Of a DNA stretch of 64,000 nt, positions 11,963 through 23,946 are shown piece by piece. A program made the translations under genes and the position numbers. The stretch covers positions 120,280,001-120,344,000 of the forward strand of contig OZ038378.1 of assembly GCA_964036045.1 (NCBI GenBank), read 5' to 3'. The notes beneath the pieces are model-generated. The model was not told the DNA's origin, searched no databases, and worked only from the letters and a program-made list of their open reading frames with translations. The DNA is from Eutreptiella sp. 'Long Island Sound 2002' (taxonomy: Eukaryota > Protista > Euglenida). Numbering within the stretch: the stretch's first letter is position 1; every line of letters begins with the position of its first letter.

Positions 11963-13555
11963 TTGGAGCTGGCAAGTCCGGCGGTGGCAGTGGCGCCAGT
12001 ATCAGAGTGGGTCGGAAAAACCATCGACTGGAGATCCATTGCGGCCTTGTGGCGGGAGCTCGGGTACGCGGATCCAGCGGACGACGTCCAGACATGCCTC
12101 ATCAGCACTTGGAAGGAGGGGACACGGAATTCCTACGGTTCACACCTTCGACGAATCGCTTTCTTCCATGGGTCGGCACCGGCGGGGGACCCGCAGAGCC
12201 TGGCGGAGAGTATTTTGCTCCTCCTCTTCCGATCGGGATATCGACGCGCGACACTGCGGGGCGCCGTGTCGGCGTTACACGCAGTGTGGGTCATGGGATG
12301 GATACCGCCGCTACGATGGGAACGCCTCTGGCGCCTCGCCCGTGCGCCGGTGGCTACCCCGGGAGACGGCCCTTACGCAGGCCCCCATGTTCTGCAGGTC
12401 ATGGCCGAGGCCTGCCAGACTCCGGACCGGGCTGTCTTCGCCGCCGCCGTCCTCTCTCTCAGCAGCCTCACACGCGTGGGGGAAATCGCGTTTGTCCGGC
12501 GCTCCGGCCTGCGGGGGAAGGCGGTGGCTTTCTGGGGCCTCAAAAGGGACTCGCGCTGGGTTTCCCGTGACCTCGGCAGTTTTGCGGGCAAATGGGCCCA
12601 CTGGTTGCGGCGCCAGTTCCCTGGACGGGACGTCATGGTCGACAGAGCCGCCGTCCTCGAAGAGGGTATGGCCCGACTGCTCCAAGGCAGCCCTTACGCG
12701 GCTTACCGCTGGCACTCGTGGCGTCGCGCGGGGGCTGCCTTCCTCCGATTCCGCGGCCTCCCCTGGCGCTACCTATGCTGGTGGGGACGCTGGGCCAGTG
12801 TGCGCATGGCACACTTCTATGCAGCGGCACCGGAGGACTTCACCTTCCACTCGAGTTCACGCCTGCCGTGGCCAACGAGTCAGGGGGTCAAGTGGATCAC
12901 CACCGACACAGCTGAGTTCTGGCCGTCATCGCTCATGGGTCTCTGCTTGCCGGACGAGAGGCCCGCTAAGCTCCCGGCCACCGGATCGAAGCGCGACAGG
13001 GTTTCCGAGGCCGTGGTGGAAGGGGACGACTCCGGGGACGCTATGCAGCCGCCGACCGCCAAGCGACCTTCACGACCCGCGCCGCCTCGCAAGCCTTCGC
13101 GGAGACACGGGCAGTCGACCCCCTCGGGTCCGTCGGTGGCTGCCCCGCAGTCCGCATCGACCACAGAGCGCCGAACGGATCCGCCCTGCCCGGCCCGAGA
13201 CTCCCCTCGTGGAGGTCCGACAGGAGAGGGCATTGCCCCCGACTCTTCCACCACCGCGCCAGCCCCCGAGTCCGGCTCGTCCGTCGGGGCCAACGGTTCC
13301 CCCCGACGCCAGTCCGTCGCCGCGAAGTTCAAGGGACGGGCCCGGGACCACCAGCGCACCGCCCCCGTTGTGCGAGGAGGAAGCGGCGGGTCTGGACTTC
13401 TTCGCCTGCGGCCTCGAGGAAGAGGGCTCGGAGCTCCTGTTGAACTCCCGCCGGGGACAGCAATGGCTGGATCGCGTGTCCGAAGGCTTAAGGGTGCCTC
13501 TCGCGGACAGGGGTCTCGTCAGGTCCCGGATCCGATTATTATTGATGAGGGGTAA
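11963..13555 (+). CDS. Tyrosine recombinase with low-complexity C-terminal tail
   Basis: Catalytic set R (LTRVGE), K (GLKRD), HxxR (HSWRRAGA), W (GRW), Y (MAHFY). N-terminal WKEGTRNSYGSHLRR resembles the core-binding domain. Same frame as gag, after a single TGA. Confidence 0.9.
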   Translation: MELASPAVAVAPVSEWVGKTIDWRSIAALWRELGYADPADDVQTCLISTWKEGTRNSYGSHLRRIAFFHGSAPAGDPQSLAESILLLLFRSGYRRATLRGAVSALHAVWVMGWIPPLRWERLWRLARAPVATPGDGPYAGPHVLQVMAEACQTPDRAVFAAAVLSLSSLTRVGEIAFVRRSGLRGKAVAFWGLKRDSRWVSRDLGSFAGKWAHWLRRQFPGRDVMVDRAAVLEEGMARLLQGSPYAAYRWHSWRRAGAAFLRFRGLPWRYLCWWGRWASVRMAHFYAAAPEDFTFHSSSRLPWPTSQGVKWITTDTAEFWPSSLMGLCLPDERPAKLPATGSKRDRVSEAVVEGDDSGDAMQPPTAKRPSRPAPPRKPSRRHGQSTPSGPSVAAPQSASTTERRTDPPCPARDSPRGGPTGEGIAPDSSTTAPAPESGSSVGANGSPRRQSVAAKFKGRARDHQRTAPVVRGGSGGSGLLRLRPRGRGLGAPVELPPGTAMAGSRVRRLKGASRGQGSRQVPDPIIIDEG

Positions 13556-15475
13556 TGTGGTGGCGAGGGATTTGGGGGTTTTTGATTTTCTGGAGGCGGC
13601 TGTTGCAGCGCTTGACCGCCTGGAGCCAGACCTTTGGCCGGTGGTTTTTCGTGAATCGACGTCTCCTAAGCCGATCGTGGTGGGGTTGTCTCTGGACGTT
13701 CTGGAAAGGGGGATTGGGGAGGTGGGTAGCATTCGCATCCCGGATTTCATTTGGCATGCAGTAGCCCCAAATGATGTCCTGTCAGTGTCTACGCGCGCGT
13801 TACCGGGCATCCGCAGTATCTCTCCTGAGGGTTTGGTGATGGCTAGAGCCCTGGTGCGGGATGGCGATTTGACGCGGTGCCCTTCCAACCTACCGCCTAA
13901 TGGCTGGCTGTTCCCAGTTCCCAAAATTCGGAGAAAGCATCCATGATAGTGCATTTGGTGCAGTTCAATAAACAGCATGCCAACCGCCCGCCGTCCTTCA
14001 CCCTCCCGGTGGTGGAAGATTTGGCTTTCCTCATTGAGCTGCATTACTTGCGGGCGGGCCAGGGGTGTCTTGCGTTTTCTGAGGACGTGGGCCGCTATTT
14101 GTGCGACCCTTTTTTGCGCGCGCTCGATGACTTGCGTTTGGAGGCGCCTGAGGGGGCCCCCATGCTAGCATTCCATGTTGATCTTAAGAACGCATTCTGG
14201 TCTTTGCGTTTGCCCGATGCCTTCAGGCAGGCCTTCAGGGTCAGTATTGACGGACAGACGTTCGCCTTCAATTGCCTGCCCTTTGGATGGCAATACTCTC
14301 CAGTAATTTGCCGGACCGTGTTAGGCTACTTGCCGCAGGGGCTGGATTTGGTTTCGGTCTTGGTTTTGCACTATCTTGATGATTTTCTCGTTTTGGGATT
14401 CGGGGCAGGCAACGTGCGTTTAGCGGCGGCGCGTCTCGGTGACCTGTTGGGTCGTCAAGGGGCGATCATCAGCCCCAAGAGCATCCTTGAGCCTGTGCCG
14501 TCCATTGTATGGTTGGGTAAGAAATTGGTGCTGTCGGGAGCGGGACAGGGCGTTTTTGTGGTCCCCAACCAATGGATCGTCCTGCTTGGTCTATGGTTGC
14601 GCGTTGCGCTGCTGCCTTTGTCCCGGAAGCTCGCTCGACGGGTTATTGGCCGTTTTTCATGGGCCCTGAGACCCCAGGTGGGCGCTTGCCCCTTTTTGGC
14701 TGGCTGGTGGTCACGCGTTATGTGGGGCTCTTCCTTTTTGCCCTCCGCCCCCTTGAAGCTGGTACATAGCCTCCTGCACTGCCTTGTCATGTCACGGCGT
14801 GGTTGGGCTCCGAGACGTATCGATTCCCCCTCTTCTGCGGGCAGAGGCCTCGTTTTTGTCGACGCGGCCTTCGATTTGGACCGCTTCAAAGTGGGTCTCT
14901 GGGGTCCAGCGCTGGGGGGCAGGGTTTTTCGCTGTGGGCTCGAGGTTTTGACGCAGCAGGAGGCAGAGTTGGACTCCCTGGTCCAGGGCCTTAATTTCAT
15001 AGTCAATGTGGGCTGGCCCGTCTTCAGGATGGTTGGAGACAATGCCTCCTCCCTCGGCCAGTTGGCGGGGATGCGCGCCCGGTCCGGTTTAAAGAGGCAT
15101 ACAGGAACCTGCGCAGAGGTTTTTACCTACTCCAGAGGTCTGATTCGACTGTTTTCCTCGAATGGGTCCCACGTGATCTCAACCCAGCAAACTGTTTCTC
15201 CCGTATTGACGGTGATTTCGGCGGCGACTTCGCTGCGGCGGGGTTGGCAGCTTGGGACAGGTTTCGGTCCCTGCAGGCTTTCCCCGCCCTCCCTTGCCCT
15301 GTATGGATTGCAAATTTGCCCAAGGGACGCACTGCTATGGACCGACAGCTTGCACAATGTCCTGTGGGGGCTGTCTCTTAGTGTTGGCGGAACGCTTCGC
15401 AGGGCGGGATGCTGGGGGCCTCTTGCCTTTTTTCGACAGGTCCCTCTCCACGACCGCGCGACCACGTGCCCCTAG
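13300..15475 (+). pseudogene. pol: Reverse transcriptase-RNase H with two 1-nt frameshifts
   Basis: RT motifs FPVPK, HVDLKNAFW, LPFGWQYSP and YLDDF. RNase H motifs FVDAA, QEAEL and VGDN, plus EWVPRDLNPANCFSR in a shifted frame after ~15100. The first shift is at ccc-aaaa-tt (~13921-13928). The start is approximate. Confidence 0.9.
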
Positions 15476-15626
15476 CCGGACGCCTGTTGGCTGGAGTGCC
15501 TGTGGCGGGTTCGCTGCGGCGTTCCCCACGGTGTCTGTAATTGGGGTTGTCGTGACCGCGCGGGATGCCACAACACTATCTTTGGTCGCTGGAGTATGGC
15601 TTGGTGCTGGCTGCACCACAAAGACC

Positions 15627-15775
15627 GCGCACCAGGAAATCATATGGCCTTTGAATGGGTTTTGTTTTGCTTGTACAACTGCTGTTTCCCCACTAACAGT
15701 AGTTGTACACCATACTTTGTTTTGTTCATTATGATGCCCTGTTCCATTCAGAATTTTATAAACTATAACAGGGCC
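15627..15775 (+). repeat. Internal B1-A2 junction of the split direct repeats
   Basis: B1 (15627-15679) directly abuts A2 (15680-15775), reproducing the expected circle junction caac|tgctg. Confidence 0.92.
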
Positions 15776-15886
15776 CTCCCGCCCGCCCAAGGGAGGGTGA
15801 AGGGGGATGGGGTCCCACCCGCCCGCCCATACTGTCACTGTACGAGTCTCTATGGAGGTGATCACCTCTCATGACGTCGAGGTGCT

Positions 15887-15939
15887 GCGCACCAGGAAGT
15901 CATATGGCCTTTGAATGGGTTTTGTTTTGCTTGTACAAC
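15887..15939 (+). repeat. Split direct repeat B2 (right terminus)
   Basis: 53 bp, with 1 mismatch to B1. Confidence 0.92.
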
Positions 15940-17059
15940 ACCCCTGCCTTCTCGGGTGCCAACAATGTACCCTTTGTGAATGGACGATAACGTTCCTTTT
16001 GAATGGGCGTTAAACCTGGTGTGAATGTGCCCGTGTTTTGCCATAAACATCCCCTTCCCGTCCCTCGTCCAAGGTAGGTATGCCCCCCAAAAAATCCACA
16101 TACACACTTCCTCGGGTAACAAACAAGGATGGGCTCTCCATGATGCACTATAGCTTCGCTGCTCCCAAGTTTGAGGCATTCACACGGGTCCCAACCATCA
16201 TCTTCGCGCTTCGCTTGTGAATGCGAACCTGTCGTGAATTTTTGGGCAAATTTCGCACTCGTTTCGTCAGACACTCGCACGAAATTCCGAGGAAATTTGG
16301 TGAACTACCAAGTGACAAGACACAAAACAACATGGTATGCAAAACAAGAGATACCATTTCTTGATTTTTTTTTACTTAACGCCGCCTCTGTCAGCCCGGA
16401 ATCCGGCCTGCAAAGTCTTAACATAGCCTAGGTCAGTAAGTGCCCTTTTGGCGTCCTCGATGGGCAAGGAGTCACACACTTATTGGCCCAGGGCCGCGCA
16501 TGCTCTGCTTTGTGGAATTCCGTCCCTCGTGGCGAACACAGTCATCATTGGTGTGGTTATGCACAACCACTTGCAGGCCCAGCTAGCCCCACAAGATGCC
16601 CAGGCCCCCACTATTGCGCTTCAGTCGCCGGTGGCTCCCCTCCATCGCAAAACATGTAAATTTGAAGTGGATGTGTCACTAGCGAGCAAAAAAGTACATG
16701 TGGGCTGTCCACTAGTCGGAGAATAAAACCTTCCGTCACTGCAACTATAGACCGGCTTCGCCCAATGCCATACTATACTCCCGCAAACGCTTTGGGTCAC
16801 CCTAGTAAACCACCGTGTCTGCCATGCAAAAACACACATTGCATTAAAAATGTTCACCGGTTGTGGCAAACATCCAGCCAAAGCTGTCTTGCAACACGTC
16901 CCCCTTTCAATCCCCCCCTTGTGGACACACTCACCTATCATGGTTTCCTACCCTTTATTCCGCATGAGGTGCATTGCTGCAGCACGCTGAAGGCGGATTC
17001 CCATCCCCCCCCCCTTTTCGTGGGCAACCTCCGAATTTACGATCCCTTGTGTATATGTT

Positions 17060-17600
17060 TTGGCGCTAGCTAGGCGACATTTAGTACGGGTCGGAGAAGC
17101 GTGTGGGCGGCCAAGGCAGGCGACTTACCGGTGGTATCGCAGTATTTCTCATTTCATATGTACAACATATGCAAAACCGCATAACATCATGGTACCCATA
17201 ATGAGGGAAGCGGCATGCGATTGGGATGTGCCTATAAACCACACGGATGGGGAGGCTGGCATTGCGCATCATTTCTTTTGTTTGCTTGATGCGCCCTTAT
17301 TACCACCACATACCAAACACACAATTGTGTGTGGGGACTCGACGACTCAGGTTTGCACCCGCTTAATACAAATGGTGGCGTCCCATCCGTTGTAAAGGAA
17401 AAAGAGGGGCCGTTGTGTTGCCCCGGCAGTTTCCAGCCTGGTGATCTTGCTTGCATCAACGAGCTTTTGGTCAAAATCCACCTGTTGCACCATTCTTGGG
17501 AACCTCCCATGAGCCAACAACTTCTTAGCTTGTGAAGAGAAGTAAAAGCCACTATTGTCCAATGCATGTAGCCTCGTGCCGGTTGGTGCCGTCAATGCCT
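17060..17600 (+). pseudogene. Possible XPG/FEN1 (PIN-like) nuclease relic
   Basis: IMREAACDWDVPINHTDGEAG...TIVCGDS resembles the vP...gEAD...v.t.DSD motifs of XPG-family nucleases. Heavily decayed. Confidence 0.3.
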
Positions 17601-20039
17601 TTGGGCAGCTAATCCTACTAATTGGGTTAAGGCAGCGGTACACATTTGAGGGGTATGAGCCGGCATTCGGACAAGTGCCTCAGCCGCACGGGCACAACCA
17701 CTTTTTGTGCTTGAGCGTATGATTGAGGTAGCCGCCGTAGGGTAAGGTAGATGTCCGGCCACATTAAGCCTATTGCTAGTAGGGGTGTGAGCTATTGGGC
17801 CTGTGTCGGCGATAGGTGTAATGACCACAAGCTCCATACCACAGAGATGGTCTTGTCTCATAGGGTCGGTTCCTTGGCCGGAGCTGCTGACCTGCTCTCC
17901 ATCTCGGGAGGCAACACTATGTGCCATGTTTCCGGAAAAAGTTGGCATGCGTACGGGGCTGCCAACTGCTTACCAACTACCCTGTTGGGTGAGTCTAGCC
18001 TACGGCTGATGTAGGTTCGCGAATGCACAGTGTGAAAGGGACCACGACTCTAGCTTGGATTTTTGCAGTGCATTGTGCGCAAGTTGAACAAAGCAGAATG
18101 CCATTAGCGCCAGCTTCACACAATAGTGGATGTCTACGGTACAAGAGTGCATTTCACCACAACCCCCCTCGAATTATGGTTGCAGTGTAGGAAAGCTCTA
18201 CGGGCGAATTGAAATGTTTTCATTGGATTTGCAAGAATTTCGCACAAAATTCGCACGAAATAACATTCCATGGCCACATACAAGCAGCACACATGTGAAT
18301 TGGCTATGGATGTGAATTTCGTGTGCATTTAACACGAATATGGTTCAAAGGCTGCAAACACCCTGGATTCCATAATGGAGCACAAACCCCACCTGACTGG
18401 CCCCGTCCGCATGTGGCCTGGCTGCCGCCCCCCCCCCCCCCCATCGCGGCTGCCCTTGGCCACTCTGCATGCTTTGTGGCCCCTCCATAGCACCAAGAAC
18501 ATTAGGTGCTTGGCGCATCTTAAAATTGGGGCCCGTTGGTGTAGCAACGACACGGGTGAGGCTGTAGTGTCACTAGACTCTCGCATGCGAGTCTAGTGCA
18601 AACTGCAATCGCGGCACAACATTGTCAAATGGCGTGTTTGGGTTGCTTGTTTGCAATCTCCCACCGAACAAGCCCCTCCGCCACTAACAGTTGTGCCACT
18701 ACGGGCCATGCCACCCCCTTCCATGCATGTTTACTTGCAAGCAGAAAATGCACTCCCGAGGGGTTGGTGGCGGAGTTGGGGTGGGCTCTTGCTCGTGGTG
18801 CAGCTCATGTTGGTGCCTTTACTTTTGCTCACGCCCAAGACAGGCAGGAAAGTTTCTCCTTCAAAACGTCCACCTGGCCTTCGAGCAGGTCCCTTTCCCG
18901 TTTTGCTACCTTACACGCCGAGAGAGCCAATGCTCTCTTGCTTCGTGACACCACAAGCTACCTCCGCTAGCTTTCCAACTCTGATTGGTTCTTGTCGCGC
19001 CACTCGGATTGCTGTTACTATTGCTGCTCTTCACACATTGGGTGATGTCGGCATCAAGGAGCGGGGGGTAGAAACGGGCCACACACCGACTCCCTCCCAT
19101 TGTCAAGCCAATGTCACGGAGGATGGAGGTAGGTTCGGGGGGGGGGGGGGGGGCTAGGGTGACGGCCTCGGGTACACTATAGTGAAGGGGTTGTTCTCCA
19201 AGGGGGAGTGTGGCCCAACGTGGACCAAAGGGAACCAATTTTTGACGGTTGGGATGACAAAGTGGTCAGGTCTTTCGACCACATCTCTAACGTGGACTTG
19301 CTGGAGGTGCAGCGGCACACACCATAATTGCCCAAATGGTGGCAACCAAGGCCTAGCTATTGGACACCCCCGACTCGGGTAGTGCCGCGCAACGTGGTGG
19401 AGAGGCATCGAGTGAACATTTGGGGGGTTCGCATATCTCAACCACATGATCTCAGCTCCAGTGGTTGTGTCGCAAGATACCGCTGCCCAATTCCACCACA
19501 CCGACGCCTCCTTGACCCCTCTTTGCTGTTGCATGTGATTGGCAGGTGTCTCATGGTCATCTTTGCACTTTCCGCGTGGTGTCCCCATAGTACCGCATCG
19601 TAGTACAAGCTGGCTCCGTGCCGGTGAGTTGAGCAACACACACGTTGATTAGTTGCTTCCCACGATGATTTCCTTCTCGTTACGTCCACATCCCGGCACC
19701 ATGGCATGCCACCCTCTAATGCTTCCCCACTCCAAGGCGAGGTGTTCAGACATTGGACACCGGGCAAGCAGCATATACACATAGCCCCGCTTCTGCTACC
19801 ACCTCAAGAGTGGCCAGTGGAAAGTGAACGCAGCCAATCACCGTCCGAGGGTGGGGTTCTCTAGCGTGCTGGTGTGTTGCCCCTCAATGCCATTAGGCCT
19901 TGGCGACCATGTAATGATGATTCGCTGGACAATGCATGGCCTCCTTGCACCGATCGCGGGGGGCTCTCAGAGACTCAATGCTTTATGCCCCCCCCCCCCC
20001 CCCCACCCCAGAAGTTGGCCGGAAAGTGCCGGACCAACG

Positions 20040-20310
20040 GCGCCGAAGGTTCCCAAAGGAAAATTTGCTTGATGTAGTAGACGGAGCAAAATTGGGTTTT
20101 CACCCCGTGTGTCTATATACAAAACACTCGGTTTCTTCATGAGACCCCATTATGTATGGATTGGATCAAATTGGATGAGATATCATTACCACCAGTCCGT
20201 CTGAGATGGCCCATACCCTAATGGGTAAAGCGGTGCCTCTGCAGCTGAAGGGGCATGGGTTCATGCCCCTATTGCGGGCAATCTGCAGGACCCGAGGCAG
20301 TGTTAGAGAC
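20040..20310 (+). repeat. Dispersed repeat containing a tRNA-Cys-like segment (20208-20280), uninterrupted copy
   Basis: Homologous to ~23690-23946 plus 27734-27760. Provides the empty site GCAATCTGCAGGACC. Confidence 0.7.
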
Positions 20311-20504
20311 ACGACAACAAAATAATTTTATGTTTTCTTTCTTTTTGTGTACTCTAATTTTATCCCCCTTGTTGGGGACCTCCGAGAATGCAAGGGTTAT
20401 GTAGCATTGAGAAAAACGTAGTCCACATGTTGCAAACCGTCCCCTTCCCTCTCCTCCAAAGGGTTCAGAAACATTCATGAACTCCTTCGTCAAAAGAAGC
20501 ATAG

Positions 20505-20620
20505 TTTGGCCTGGGTGGGGCACCATTGGCAACAGTGGTTGGGAAGTGACCCGGGGGTGCTATGCCCTTAAACACAAGTGCCACCTACAACCCCCATCCC
20601 CCCCCCGTGTTGCAAATTTT
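20505..20620 (+). repeat. Dispersed repeat (GTGCTATGCCCTTAAACACAAG family)
   Basis: A similar copy lies at ~36105-36230 and a partial one at ~42500-42550. Confidence 0.6.
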
Positions 20621-20939
20621 CTTTGCCAACATACATACCATAAAGACGCTCACTACGATGAGAGGGTCATTTTAAGCCATTTTTGTGGGGGTCTGGGTGC
20701 CCCGTTGCACTTCCGCTCACCAAATTTTGAGCGGGGCGGGGGCGACCCTTTTCTCATCAGGGGGGATGGGGGGCAGGGGCTTGTGCGGAGAGTGGAAGGA
20801 CTGCTGTGATGAAGGGCGAGGGGAGGGCCAAGCCTCGATAACAAGCTTTGGATTTGGTAGCCTCCAAGGTTGGGGTGGTGCGCTCAAGAAGGGCGAATCC
20901 GGCGGCAAACCATGCATTGTTGGGGGCCCGCCACTAGGC

Positions 20940-23640
20940 GGGCTTGCTATGTAGTCAATACGTTCTTGGGGCTCCCCAAACAAGATATGAAGTTACAAAG
21001 ATGTTACACCACCCCGGCTTTCTCGGGTCGCCAAAAGTGGGTCGAATTGCTACAAACACCCACATTCTTGCTGGTGCCCACAATAGGGACAAAATCAAAA
21101 GTGCCTACCTGAATCCTAGCTTCTCAGGGGCCCACAAGTGGGCGAAATTGGTGTGGCAACTCTGCATACCGGGTGATCAGCAAGAAAGAAAACAAATTGA
21201 AGAGTGGTTACATCACCCATGCCTCGTTGAGGGCCCAAAAGTGGGCGGAATTGCTCTGCAACCCGTGCGTTCTTAGGGGTCCTCATAAGAAGCAACAAGA
21301 TAAGAAATGGTTACCTCAGCCCTACCTTCTCGGGGGGCCAAAAGTCGGCTAAACAACCACACGAACCCTTCATTCCTGGGGGTCCCAAGAAAAAAAGACA
21401 ACATTAGAAGTAGCTACATTGCATTTTGCCGGCCGCAAAAAGGGGCGGAATGCCACGTAATGCCACACTGTTTCGCAAGTGTCCCTTATCAAACGGACAA
21501 AATCACAAGTGTGTGCATCAAGCTTGCGGGTCAACCAGGCCAAATCGACAGTGCTTGCATGAACCCTACCCAATCGGGGCCCAAAATTGGACGAACTTGC
21601 TACGCCAACCCTGCGTTTTTATAGGTTCCAAAAAAGAGGACTAAATACGAAGTGGATGCACTACTCGTGCTCGGGCCCAAAATTGCACGGAATTGCTATT
21701 TCTCCCTCCTTTTCTTGGGGGTTCCCACAAGCTGGGGCAAAATTCCAAGTGGTTACCTCACCCCTTCCTTCTGAAGGGGTGAAAAGGGGGCACCTTGGGT
21801 ACCCCAAGCAAACGGAAAAAATCACAACCACAAGTGGCTACATCACCCTCGCCTCCTTTGGGGCCCAAAACTGAGTGGAATTGCTACGTAACCCCGGCGA
21901 TCGCACTGGTCTTCAACAAATGTCACAAATTAAAAGTGGTGTTATCGAGCGTTAGCGACTTAGCGGACGAAATCATAAGCACTTTCATCACTCCTGCATT
22001 CTAGGGGCCAAGAAGTTGGCAAAATCGCTATGCAACTCTTCTGTTCTCGGGGGTCCCCAAAAGAAGGGACAAAATCAAAAAGGGCTACCTCACCCCAACC
22101 TTCTCATGGAACCACAAGTGGGAGGAACTACAATGTCAGCCATCAGTCCTTAGGGTTTCCCAAATAAGGGACAAAATTCAAAAATAGAACGTTCATAGAA
22201 TCGGTACACCCACCGTGCATTTTGGCGAGTTCCCAAACAAGGGAACAAACTCAAAAGTAGGTACATCTCTCGCCATATGAGGGGCCCACAATGTGAGGGA
22301 ATTGGTGCGTCAAGGATGCATCTACGGGGTTCCGCAAACTACGGAACAAGTTTATAACAATGGGCTTGCCTTCTTGTGGTCCCAGAATTCAATTGAATTG
22401 CTACGCAGGACCGACTTTCGCAAGGGGGTCTGCAAATGTAAAAAAACAAGATTAGAAGTGGCAGGATGCCCCCCACATGCTGAGGGAACTAGTGTTGCGC
22501 GGCACTGCTACCTAACCATTGTATTCTCTGGAGTACCCTGAAAAGGGACAAGCAGCTGCATCAGCCTTGCCTACTTGGGGGCCAACAAGTGGGCGAAATG
22601 GCCATGTAACACTTGCGGTGGCAGATTTTCCTAGAAAATACAGAAGATTCAAAAATGCCCACTTCACCCCTACCATCTCCGGTGCCCGCAATCGGGCGAA
22701 ATTGCTACGTAACCCTTGGGTTCTCGGGGGTCGCCAAACGAGGGAACTAACGGAACACTGGCTGAATCGCACTTCTTTTCTCGGGGGAAACACAACTTGG
22801 TGGACATGCCATGCCCACCTTGCGTCCTCCGTAATCCCACCAAAAGAAAACATATTCAAGAGTGGCTACATTACGCTTGTCTTCTTCAGGGCCCAAAGGT
22901 TCATGCAATGGTGGCGTAACCCCTGTCTCCCAGGCGGTCCCCACATAAAGGGGAGAAAATGCAATGTGGCCAATGGCCAATGGCCAATGGCCAATCGCCA
23001 ATGGCCCCAAAATGGGCGGAACGCAACGCAATGGTTGTGTTTTCGACGGTCCCTCAACATGGCAAGATAAATGGCTGCATCAACCCTGCCGGGGGCGCAC
23101 AAGTGCAAGGATTTGCTATGTAATCCCTACGTTCTCATTGGTCCCAGAAAGAGATGACACAATCCAAACCGGCTGCATTCCTCTTGCCTTCTCAGGGGCC
23201 CCAAAAATGCAGGGAATTGCCCCGTAACCCTTGCATTCTCGGGCGTCCCCAAAGAAGGGGTCAAAATCACAAGTGGCCACCGCACTCTCGGCCTCTCAAG
23301 GGGTGAAAAGGGGGCGCTTTTGCTACCCAGCCACTGCGTTCTCGGGGTCCCGCAAACAAACCAATTCAAAAACTGCCACATCACCGTTTTCGTCACGGGG
23401 TCCCACCAGCAAACAAATTTGCTACATACTCCTTGGTTTCTTGGGGGAGGGATAAGGGGCACAAACAAAAGGGGCCGCATCACCCCTACCTCGTCGGGTG
23501 CCTACGAAGGGGCAGCACTGCTACGTAACCCTTGTATTTTCCTCCGGGCCCCGAGAAAAGAACACAAAATCCAACCCTGCTACCTCACCCCTACCTTCTC
23601 TCGCCCCCGGGGGGGTTGCTGGGCCTGGGTCACTTACGCC
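20940..23640. repeat. ~100-bp satellite array, same family as 6460-10678
   Basis: Repeated gggcccaaaagtgggcggaattgctac and ggctacatcacccc motifs. Confidence 0.85.
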
Positions 23641-23869
23641 GACCCCCCCCCCCCCGGACCCTTGCAACTGGCACTTCAGTGCCGGATCATCAGCGCCAAA
23701 GGCGCCCTCATGCAAATTTGCTTGAACCACTAGAGGGTCAAAAAATGGGTTTTCCCCCCATGTGTCGATTCTCAAAATTCTCATTTTTTTTCAGGTGAAC
23801 CCAATGATGGATGAAAACCAATTGGGACGAAATATCAATACCACCAGTGTGCAGTGGTATGTCCAAGAT

Positions 23870-23941
23870 GGCCCATACCCTAGTGGGTAAAGCCGTGCCT
23901 CTGCAACTCTAAGGTCATGGGTTCGATCCCCGGTGGGTGCA
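23870..23941 (+). pseudogene. tRNA-Cys(GCA)-derived sequence inside a dispersed repeat
   Basis: GGCCCATACCCTAGTGGGTAAAGC (A-box/D arm), CT-GCA anticodon loop and AGGTCATGGGTTCGATCCCCGG (B box). The stems are degenerate. Confidence 0.6.
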
Positions 23942-23946
23942 ATCTG

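Larger units (their letters stand above)
10679..15939 (+). mobile_element. Tyrosine-recombinase retrotransposon (VIPER/TATE/Ngaro-like) with split direct repeats
   Basis: Encodes gag, YR and RT-RNaseH in that order. Terminal layout is A1(10679-10774)...B1(15627-15679)A2(15680-15775)...B2(15887-15939). There is no TSD, and the flanks rejoin into one satellite unit. Confidence 0.92.

Noticed and set aside
13915-13946. CCCAAAA as a programmed -1 frameshift site in pol
   Set aside because: The incoming frame reads CCC AAA, not C CCA AAA, so the phase is wrong. A second 1-nt loss at ~15100 points to decay or assembly indels.
13070-14044. 324-aa minus-strand ORF
   Set aside because: It is an antisense shadow of the GC-rich YR/RT coding region and has no domain features.
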